Shown piece by piece: positions 10,740 to 18,174 of a stretch of DNA of 19,393 nt. The DNA comes from an archaeon (GTDB lineage: Archaea > Iainarchaeota > Iainarchaeia > Iainarchaeales > JAAZKV01). Under the pieces are notes generated by a model, which was not told the origin of the DNA, ran no database searches, and was given only the letters and a program-made list of their open reading frames with translations. Position 1 is the stretch's first letter. Each line of letters begins with the position of its first letter. The stretch is taken from the NCBI GenBank assembly GCA_036170245.1, contig JAVHOV010000006.1:1-19393 (forward strand), given 5' to 3'. The translations under genes and the position numbers were made by a program.

Positions 10740-11390
10740 TCAAGAAAAGCTTTTTAAGGGGGAGCTTAAGAGAGCTTTTGCACGAGCACTTTTATAAGGA
10801 TTTGAAAACCCAATTTCATCCATCCATTTATGCAAATTACCCTTACCATACAAACAAACTTTATAGGTTCTATGCTTTGATAATTTACTAAAATAAGACC
10901 TTATTTTAGTTACTCTAAAACCTTTAATTAAAAGAGTGTTTTGAACTTGTTCTGCAAGAATAATACTAGAAGTAGTTAATTCTAAAGAAGGATATTTTTC
11001 AACACCAGGCTTTTTTGAACAAAAAACACTTCCATCTGTGTCAAATAATCCTTTTAAAACAAACTTTAATAACTCCAAGTCAGACAAAATGAATTCAGGG
11101 ATTTTTGCATTTATTGCTTTTCCTGCCCCTGCAAAGAAATTAAATTCATTAATTAACCTCAAACAATACTCTTTAGAATAAACAGAAATTCTTACACCAT
11201 TAGAACGAAATTTAGAAAACACTGTTTTATTACAAACAATTTGAATAATTGAACACAAATATTCAAAATATGCTTTATCTGTAACAGGATTTCCAGTCAA
11301 TCCAAAAATATACTTTTGACTTGCTAATGAAACAAACCCATCACCAAGTAAAGCACCTAATAACTCACATTCTTCTTTAGAAATATACAT
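10740..11390 (-). CDS. Free-standing two-motif LAGLIDADG endonuclease-like protein
   Basis: Motifs LLGALLGDG and VLKGLFDTDGSV, C-terminal IGFSNPYK; no intein splicing motifs. Confidence 0.85.
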   Translation of the reverse strand: MYISKEECELLGALLGDGFVSLASQKYIFGLTGNPVTDKAYFEYLCSIIQIVCNKTVFSKFRSNGVRISVYSKEYCLRLINEFNFFAGAGKAINAKIPEFILSDLELLKFVLKGLFDTDGSVFCSKKPGVEKYPSLELTTSSIILAEQVQNTLLIKGFRVTKIRSYFSKLSKHRTYKVCLYGKGNLHKWMDEIGFSNPYKSARAKALLSSPLKSFS

Positions 11391-11474
11391 TACAAAAATA
11401 TTTTTTGTTAAAAATAAAAACCCTTGGAAACTAATTTGCCGGCGTAAATTTTAGTTTTTGAAGACTAAAGAAAA

Positions 11475-12379
11475 TTACTGCCCTTTTGTTATAACTATAA
11501 TATTACCTAAAAGAATCAAAAATCCTCCAATAATAACCGGAAAGGTTAATGGCTGAGCTAAAAAAATAACTGAAAGAACAACTCCAGAAACTGGTTCAAG
11601 CAACATTAAAATTCCTGCAGTTATTGTTGAAACTCTTTTTGCCCCAGCATAATAAAGCAAGTGAGCCCCAATAACAGGAACCAGACTAAACAAAATAATT
11701 AAAACAAAAACAAACAAAGGAAAATCAAGTGAAAGACCTACTACATTTGGAAATGGCGCAAAAAGAACCATTAAAGGATAAACAAAAATATACACTAATG
11801 CTCCAACTCCTGAACCAAAAAAGAAAATCCATAATGGAGAAAGCTTCCTTTTGCTTGCAACACTACCAACAACAATCCAAAGTGATAAAAAATTCCTCCA
11901 AACAAAGCAAAGATTACCCCAAGCAAACTACTTGAAGAAGTTAGTTCAAAAGGATTTACTAAAAAAACAACTCCAATCAAAACCAAAATCCCAGCAATAA
12001 TCTGGTACTTTGAAACACTCTCTTTTAGAAAAAAATGACTAATCAAAATTGTCCATAATGGCTGAGCACACAAAAGCAAAACTACAACTGCAACTGAAGC
12101 TCCAAAAACAACTCCCCCAAACTGACAAAGAACAACACACTCAGAAACAATTGCATAAAAAATTAAAATTTTTAAATTTTCTTTTACTCCTTTAAATCCA
12201 ATTTTAATCAAAAAAGGAACAACAAACAAAGAAGCTAACACACAAGGAATTGTTGAAATTTGAAAAAGAGACAAACCTAAACTAGAAAAAACACTTCCGC
12301 CAAAAACAATTAACCCACAAAGAATCCCACTCATTGCTAAAAACAAAAACCCTTTTGTTTTCTCATTAATGTTTTGCAT
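11475..12379 (-). pseudogene. EamA/DMT-family transporter split by a 1-nt frameshift
   Basis: Both parts carry EamA motifs (QPLWTILISHFFLKE; LLEPVSGVVLSVIFL). Adding one base to the A6 run at 11887-11892 gives a continuous GGIFLSLWIVVGSVASKRK...GVGALVYIFVYP. Confidence 0.8.
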
Positions 12380-12457
12380 AAAATAAAGAAGAACACTACA
12401 AAATATAATACTAAGGCAAAGAATAATTTAAATTAAAAAATAATTTAAAATGAAAAT

Positions 12458-12642
12458 TAAAACTAGAATAAAAATAAGCGAGCCCGTAGGGAATCTAACG
12501 CCGCAACCCCTTTCCTAACCAAGCAAAGCTTTTGCTTTGCGGGCCACGCAAAAGTCAATACTTTTGCTAGGAGGTGTTGCATACCCAAACTAAATAAAAC
12601 TAAAACTATAATAAAAATAAGCGAGCCCGTAGGGAATCGAAC
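12458..12642. repeat. 42-bp direct repeat (40/42) containing the tRNA-Lys 3' end, copies at 12458-12499 and 12601-12642
   Basis: TAAAACTA(G/T)AATAAAAATAAGCGAGCCCGTAGGGAATC(T/G)AAC. Confidence 0.85.
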
Positions 12643-12694
12643 CCTAGACACCCAGATTAAGAGTCTGGTGCTCTACCGACTGAGCTACGGGCCC
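12622..12694 (-). tRNA. tRNA-Lys(CTT)
   Basis: Acceptor GGGCCCG/CGGGCTC, anticodon arm CCAGA-CTCTTAA-TCTGG. Confidence 0.95.
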
Positions 12695-12764
12695 TGAATT
12701 ACGGTAATTACTAGTCTTTCTTTAGTAATTACTTTTCAATACTTTTTGAAAAAGTAAATGCAAG

Positions 12765-12837
12765 CGAGCCCGTAGGGAATCGAACCCTAGACACCTGGAT
12801 TAAAAGTCCAGTGCTCTACCGACTGAGCTACGGGCCC
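12765..12837 (-). tRNA. tRNA-Lys(TTT)
   Basis: Same body as the CTT copy, anticodon arm CTGGA-CTTTTAA-TCCAG. Confidence 0.95.
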
Positions 12838-12913
12838 ACCAATTGCATTCCTTTAAAAGAAATTGCCCTGAAAAGATTTTTAAAGATGCGTAAAAAGCAA
12901 GAAAGGCGAAAAA

Positions 12914-13462
12914 ATGGGTAAAAAGGATTTTGTAGTAATAAGATATGGACATAGAGATGTTAGAGATTATAGAGTAACAAGCCACTGTGCATTAGTTTCA
13001 AGAGCATTTGGAGCAAGCAAAATAATTGTCTGCGAGTCAAAAGACCCTATTGCAGAAAACACCCTTAAAGGGGTAACTGAAAGATGGGGGGGAAGCTTCA
13101 AAGTTGAATTTATAGAGAACTGGAAAGATGCAATTGAACAACTAAAAAAGAAAGGATACACAACAGTACACCTAACCATGTACGGAATTCCTATTCAAGA
13201 GATTGATGAAAAAATAAGAACTCTTGATAAAGTTGCAGTACTAATCGGATCACAAAAAGTTGAACGAGAAGTATATGATACGGTAGATTATAATATTTCA
13301 GTAACAAATCAACCGCATAGTGAAATAGCTGCACTGGCAGTTTTCCTTGATCGAGTACAAAAAGGAGAGGAATTAAACAAAGATTTTAAAGGATCACAAA
13401 TACAAATAATTCCACAAGAAAGAGGAAAAAAAGTAATTAGCACAGATAAAAGAAAAAAATAA
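12914..13462 (+). CDS. trm56: tRNA (cytidine(56)-2'-O)-methyltransferase
   Basis: RYGHR..RDYRVTSHCALVSRAFGA, HLTMYG, GSQKV, NQPHSEIAALAVFLDR. Confidence 0.95.
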   Translation: MGKKDFVVIRYGHRDVRDYRVTSHCALVSRAFGASKIIVCESKDPIAENTLKGVTERWGGSFKVEFIENWKDAIEQLKKKGYTTVHLTMYGIPIQEIDEKIRTLDKVAVLIGSQKVEREVYDTVDYNISVTNQPHSEIAALAVFLDRVQKGEELNKDFKGSQIQIIPQERGKKVISTDKRKK

Positions 13463-13507
13463 AAGAATTCTATAGAGTTTAAAAACACTTAGTAAAGGGA
13501 ATAAATT

Positions 13508-14041
13508 ATGCCTTCAAAATCATTAACTGACCTGGTGCTTGTAAAAGAGTTGCTTGACACTATTGGTGGAGAAGACGCAATTACATTAGTTAAATTATGT
13601 GAAAAAAAAAGGTCTATGACAACTGATGAAGAATTGTCAAAAAAGATGAACAAAAAAGTAACAGAAGTGAGGGCAACATTAAACAAATTACATTTTAGAG
13701 GAATTGCATGTTACCAGAAAGCAAGGAACCAAAAAACAGGCTGGTATAATTATACTTGGGAAATAAAGAAAGATAGAATTGCTGATATTATAGAAGAACA
13801 ACAAAAGGAAAACCTTGAAAAATTGAACAAAAAGATGAATTTAGAAGCAGATTATAGTTTATTTGATTGTGCAAAGTGCAATCATAGAGAAGTGTTTGAA
13901 GTAGCGGCAGAATATAACTTTTTGTGCCCAATATGTGGGGGAAGCATGACTTCCGCTAATGACCCAAACAGACAAAAGGAATTGACAGGAAAAATAAAGA
14001 AGATAGAACTAGAAATAGAACTTCTAAAGAAAATGAAGTAG
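13508..14041 (+). CDS. tfe: Transcription factor E alpha subunit
   Basis: Winged helix TDEELSKK...EVRATLNKL, GWYNYTW, Zn ribbon CAKC...FLCPICG; adjacent to trm56 as in many archaea. Confidence 0.93.
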   Translation: MPSKSLTDLVLVKELLDTIGGEDAITLVKLCEKKRSMTTDEELSKKMNKKVTEVRATLNKLHFRGIACYQKARNQKTGWYNYTWEIKKDRIADIIEEQQKENLEKLNKKMNLEADYSLFDCAKCNHREVFEVAAEYNFLCPICGGSMTSANDPNRQKELTGKIKKIELEIELLKKMK

Positions 14042-14201
14042 AAACACTAAAACCTGGACACATTTTATAGTTAGTAGTTGAAAAGAAAGAAGATTGGAAC
14101 AATCTTTTTTAACAAAAATAAAGATAAAAAACAAATAAAACTATAAAAAAACCATTAAAAATGGTTTTTAAGTTATAATAAGGTTAATTAGCCTTAAAAC
14201 T

Positions 14202-14276
14202 AGCGGGGTAGAGCAGCCTGGAGTGCTCGCCGGGCTCATAACCCGGAGGTCGGAGGTTCAAATCCTCTCCCCGCTA
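14202..14276 (+). tRNA. Initiator tRNA-Met(CAT)
   Basis: A1-U72 pair (AGCGGGG/CCCCGCT) and three consecutive G-C pairs closing the anticodon stem CCGGG-CTCATAA-CCCGG. Confidence 0.95.
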
Positions 14277-14607
14277 TAGTGAGTTTTAACCTATTTTTTA
14301 GTTAAATTATCTTAAAAACAACCCCTTTAGTTCCACCACTAATATAATCTAATAAATACGACAACTGACTTAATTTTGCTGTTTTTTTATTCACTCTAAA
14401 AACCCTTTTTTTTAGCCATTTAAAAAACCCCTAAAAAGGGGCTAAAAATGAACTCTCACAACAGAGCAAAAACAACACAACTTCACATACCCCCTAAAAA
14501 GAACTAAATCAACATAGCTCACTTGTTGTAAAATTGACTAAAATTACACAAAACATATTAAAAAACAAAAAAACTAAAAGCCACAAAATTAAAAACAAAC
14601 AAACTAA

Positions 14608-14724
14608 GTAATTACAAGTAATTACACGTAATGAGGTGTAATGAGGATAAGCACAACTCATTACCGTAATGTTTTTAAATCATTACGGTCATTATATTAA
14701 TGACGAGAAAAAAGTGGTAATGAT
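14608..14724. repeat. Cluster of GTAAT(T/G)A(C/G/T) boxes
   Basis: Direct boxes at 14608, 14618 (GTAATTAC), 14628, 14638 (GTAATGAG) at an exact 10-bp period. Inverted boxes at 14657 (CTCATTAC) and 14679 (ATCATTAC). Further boxes at 14666 and 14717, the last overlapping the downstream start codon. Confidence 0.85.
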
Positions 14725-15154
14725 GGGAATTATAGAAACAATCAAACAAATACTTGGAATCAAGCAAAAAGTAGCCCAAGCAAGTGCTCAAACTATCCAA
14801 GTGAGTGAGATTAAGAAAGGGATAGAAGTAAGGTCAATTTGGGACTTCTTACAGTTTAATGAACATACACAAGCTTTTCACCTAGCTAGCGTCATACGCT
14901 TTGATGAATGGGTTACAATGGATGAAGTGAGAAGAAGGATATTTGACCTTTTTCAAGTAGATTATGAAAATGAACGCTCACTTTACCCGTATCTTAAGAC
15001 AATGGTTGATGTAGGACTTATTGAGAGCAATAATATTGGCGGAAAACGCAAATGGAGAAAGAAAGATCTACTAATCAAAATTGAAAAAGAGATAAAAGAA
15101 GAAGAAAAACAAACTCAAACAGAAAAAGAAGCTACAATCCAAGCCCAAAACTAA
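14720..15154 (+). CDS. Winged-helix (PadR/AspA-like) DNA-binding protein
   Basis: VTMDEVRRRI...NERSLYPYLKTMVDVGLIES..GGKRKWR resembles the PadR-type recognition helix and wing (SLYP.L..L...GLI). ATG 14720 preferred over 14669. Confidence 0.7.
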   Translation: MMGIIETIKQILGIKQKVAQASAQTIQVSEIKKGIEVRSIWDFLQFNEHTQAFHLASVIRFDEWVTMDEVRRRIFDLFQVDYENERSLYPYLKTMVDVGLIESNNIGGKRKWRKKDLLIKIEKEIKEEEKQTQTEKEATIQAQN

Positions 15155-15293
15155 TTAAGAGCACAAAAATGCTTCTTTTTTTCATCTTTTTAATTAAAAC
15201 AGATAAAATAAAGGTTCCATTTAACTTCATTTCTTGGACATATTTTGAAATTGATTAACAAAGTTATTTTGCCAATTTAAGCCATTATATGTA

Positions 15294-15386
15294 GTAATTA
15301 CCAAGTTTTGATAAATAAAGAAGGACTTATTTTACAGTAATTACCTTAAAAAGAGTTAAAATTTAAGTTGAAAAAAAAGTAATTAC
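15294..15386. repeat. Three GTAATTAC palindromes spaced 43 and 42 bp
   Basis: Exact copies at 15294, 15337 and 15379. Confidence 0.85.
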
Positions 15387-15392
15387 TCACTT

Positions 15393-15983
15393 TTAAAGTT
15401 GAGCAGGATTTTTTAGTTTCTTAAATAACTCATAGAACTCAATTAAACTCTGTGATTGCTGGTAAGTTTGCTTAAACCATTCAAGATCCACTATCCCTTG
15501 AGCTTCTTTTACTAAGGCTGCTTTATAACCCGAGTCTGCTCCACTTTGAGTTGCTACTCTTTTCATCTCATTAAGAAGTAAGGCTTTACCCTCAACTCCT
15601 TCAACAAATTTTCTGTTTAAAAGAGTCTCAATTGAAACAGCTACTTCTTTTTCAGGAAGATCCTTTTCATTCAAGAAATAAGTACACTTCCAGTCCCCTT
15701 TTTCCTGCCAATGATGGGTTGGATTCTTACCTGTTTTAAAAAATTCTTGTAAAGTTTGAAATGCTACTTGGGGTATTATTACACAATTTTTACCTGGTTG
15801 AATATAAGGGTAATTTGAAAGAATACCTTCTCGGTGATAATGGTAGGTTTTTCCAGATCCTTTATAGACTGCTTGAGTATATCCATAAATTCCGCGAAAA
15901 AGTTTTTGATAAGTATAAGAAGAATGTTTGGTTGAATCAGGAAGAATAAATCGGTATTGAACAAAATATGCTTTTATTGACAT
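15393..15983 (-). CDS. Hypothetical protein, N-terminal region possibly Cas2-like ferredoxin fold
   Basis: Clean 196-aa ORF with G-rich SD. The pattern YFVQYRF...YQKLFRGIYGY...GIL...KNCVIIP...LQEFFK suggests a Cas2/VapD-like beta-alpha-beta-beta-alpha-beta fold (by-eye inference). Confidence 0.6.
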   Translation of the reverse strand: MSIKAYFVQYRFILPDSTKHSSYTYQKLFRGIYGYTQAVYKGSGKTYHYHREGILSNYPYIQPGKNCVIIPQVAFQTLQEFFKTGKNPTHHWQEKGDWKCTYFLNEKDLPEKEVAVSIETLLNRKFVEGVEGKALLLNEMKRVATQSGADSGYKAALVKEAQGIVDLEWFKQTYQQSQSLIEFYELFKKLKNPAQL

Positions 15984-16235
15984 TTTAACACCCACCCCAC
16001 GCTTCCATTACTACCTTATAATAATATAATAAAATATTTCTTATGTATAGTATATATACATATTGTTATTAGTTACTAATTCTTTCTTTTTCTTTTTTTA
16101 GGTAAAAGGAAAGGGTGTCCAAGAAATGAGGAGATTTTTAAGGGTTAAAAAAAGGGTTGAAAAGAGATTAAAAATTGAAAAAATAGGTTCTAAAGTTAAG
16201 GTAGGTTAATTAAAAAATGAAAGTAAGGGGAGGCC

Positions 16236-16559
16236 TTACCTTCTAGAATATTTATATCTCAATTGAGAAGCAGCAGTACTTTGTTCTTGTGCTTCTTCTT
16301 TAGGCTGTTCTGTAAAAGGTATTTCTCTGCTTGAAACAATAATAATATCCTTTACTGACTTAACATTCCTGTATGGAATGCTTTTCTCAGCCAAGATCTT
16401 CTTTGCATCTGATTTAGTTTTAACTTTCAAAGGCTCAGTAGTAATGGTTTCAAGTTTACCTTTTTCAAGGTTTATGATTATATCATACACTTTACCTTTA
16501 TACCCAGCTTCAAAGTCATAAACATCCATGCCGAAAAGTTTTGACAATCTAACGCTCAT
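16236..16559 (-). CDS. PRC-barrel protein (CdpB-like)
   Basis: LSKLFGMDVY...GKVYDIIINLEKGKL...IPYRNVKSVKDIIIV; SD GGAGG upstream. Confidence 0.85.
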   Translation of the reverse strand: MSVRLSKLFGMDVYDFEAGYKGKVYDIIINLEKGKLETITTEPLKVKTKSDAKKILAEKSIPYRNVKSVKDIIIVSSREIPFTEQPKEEAQEQSTAASQLRYKYSRR

Positions 16560-16771
16560 AAATAATCCTCCCTTAGAGTTTTTGTTACGCTAAGAAAGAC
16601 GGTGAAGTATTTAAATCTATTCCTTAAAATAAAAAAACAATCTTTAGTTTGGAAAACAAAATAACAGCGCATATACATAATTTGTTGGGTTTTTTAAGTT
16701 TTAAAATAATGTTTTTTGGACTTGACTTTTATTAAAGGAACAGTGGGGGGTAAGGGGCGGAGGTTAATTTT

Positions 16772-17722
16772 TTACAATTTATCAAGAGGACTAACAACTT
16801 TTTTGAGTTGATCATTTGCAACACTAGTATAAATTTGGGTGGTGTTTAGACTTGAGTGACCTAAAAGAGTTTGAATATATCTAATATTAGTTCCAGCTTC
16901 AAGTAAGTGAGTAGCATAAGAATGTCTTAAACAGTGGGGGGTAACATGTTTGTTTATCCCAGCATTAATCGCTGCTGCTCTTACAATTCTTTGAATTGTA
17001 TCAGTAGTGATTGGCTTTCCATTTTTTTTAGAAAAAACAAATTCTGATTGAATTTTCTTTTTTGCCAAATATTTTTTTATTCCATGAATCCACTCTTTTG
17101 AAAGAATAATAATTCTGTCTTTATTTCCTTTTCCTGCTCTAACTGTTGCAGTTCTCTCTTTAAAATTTAGTTCCTCAACTTTAATTTTAGTTACTTCACT
17201 TACTCTACACCCAGATCCATACATGAATTGCAGCATTAAGCGGTTTCTTCCAAAGTGTGTGCTTTCAAATAATTTTTTTATTTCGTCTCGAGTAAGAACT
17301 TTTGGCAAGGATTTAGCTTTTTTTGGGATTTTAATTTCTTCAAGAATTGCTTTCATATGATTTTTTTTAAACAAGTATTGCATTGCAGCATGAACCAAAG
17401 ACAAAGTTGCATTATTACAACCAACTTCTTTTTTATGGGCAAGGTAGGAAATCAGATCCTGTTTTACTAAAGCCGCAAGGGGTTTATTGATAAAATAAAT
17501 CATTTCGCGCGTGTAAATAAGATACATTTTGATTGTTTTAGAAGAATAGCCTTCAACAATAAGTTCTTGTTTTAATTGAGTTAAAATTGATTCAAAATTT
17601 GGGTTTAAAATAAGCTGATTAGTTTGTGCTTGAGTTAAAGGAATAATTTCTTTAGTGGAAGAAGGAAGGGGGAGAGTGGTGGCAATTTGTTGAGTAGGTT
17701 GTTCTGGTAGATTATCCTGCAT
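16772..17722 (-). CDS. Tyrosine recombinase, XerA/XerC-D-like
   Basis: Intact catalytic set: GCRVSE (R), GKGNKDR (K), HCLRHS (HxxR), LLGHS (H), TQIYT (Y). N-terminal core-binding domain GYSSKTIKMY. Confidence 0.92.
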   Translation of the reverse strand: MQDNLPEQPTQQIATTLPLPSSTKEIIPLTQAQTNQLILNPNFESILTQLKQELIVEGYSSKTIKMYLIYTREMIYFINKPLAALVKQDLISYLAHKKEVGCNNATLSLVHAAMQYLFKKNHMKAILEEIKIPKKAKSLPKVLTRDEIKKLFESTHFGRNRLMLQFMYGSGCRVSEVTKIKVEELNFKERTATVRAGKGNKDRIIILSKEWIHGIKKYLAKKKIQSEFVFSKKNGKPITTDTIQRIVRAAAINAGINKHVTPHCLRHSYATHLLEAGTNIRYIQTLLGHSSLNTTQIYTSVANDQLKKVVSPLDKL

Positions 17723-17840
17723 TTTAATCAGTACCTTTTAGGGGTTTTTTCTTTAAATAAGTGCTCTTTTTTTAACAAAAGTTTAATAATTTTTTTTAAA
17801 AAAGTAAGGTTTTTAAACGCAAAAGGGATAATCTTACTAT

Positions 17841-18098
17841 ATGTTAAGAAAACCACAAAAACCTCCAGAAGGAGCTAAAATGAAGGAAACTGCTGACATG
17901 GTTATGTGGCGAAAAGAGTTTGAAAAAATGAAAGTAGAAGATCATAAGAGCAAATTAAAAGAACTTGGGTTGGACGATGAAGATTTAGCTGAATTTGATG
18001 CTCTTGAAAAAGGAGAAACAACTCTTGACGCAGAACTTGGCGGCGAAGAAGTAAAAGAAGTCCCAAAGGAAGTTAAAAAACAAATAAAGAAAAAATAA
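17841..18098 (+). CDS. Small charged hypothetical protein
   Basis: 85-aa ORF, TATA-like TTTTTAAA about 25 bp upstream, coding-like composition. Confidence 0.65.
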   Translation: MLRKPQKPPEGAKMKETADMVMWRKEFEKMKVEDHKSKLKELGLDDEDLAEFDALEKGETTLDAELGGEEVKEVPKEVKKQIKKK

Positions 18099-18174
18099 TT
18101 CTGCTTTTATTTTTTAAGTAATTTTTTTGCTTAAAAAATATTTTTTTTAATTTTAAAAATTTGATTTAATTTAC

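Larger units (their letters stand above)
15227..16129. repeat. Perfect 14-bp inverted repeat pair
   Basis: TCATTTCTTGGACA at 15227-15240 and TGTCCAAGAAATGA at 16116-16129. Confidence 0.75.

Noticed and set aside
12479..12590. Third functional or split tRNA-Lys
   Set aside because: No D arm or anticodon arm, the T loop is mutated (TTAGA), and I could not build a canonical bulge-helix-bulge motif.
14606..14645. CRISPR array
   Set aside because: Units are 10 bp with no unique spacers; no cas1 or other cas operon in the window.
16020..16065. dif site for the Xer recombinase
   Set aside because: The AT-rich palindrome TATGTATA/TATACATA and nearby sequence do not fit an 11-6-11 ATAA-N6-TTAT architecture; no convincing dif seen elsewhere in the window.
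14202..17840. Integrative element inserted at tRNA-iMet with the recombinase as integrase
   Set aside because: No duplicate of the tRNA-iMet 3' end was found near the recombinase, and the cargo (PRC barrel, XerA-like) looks chromosomal.
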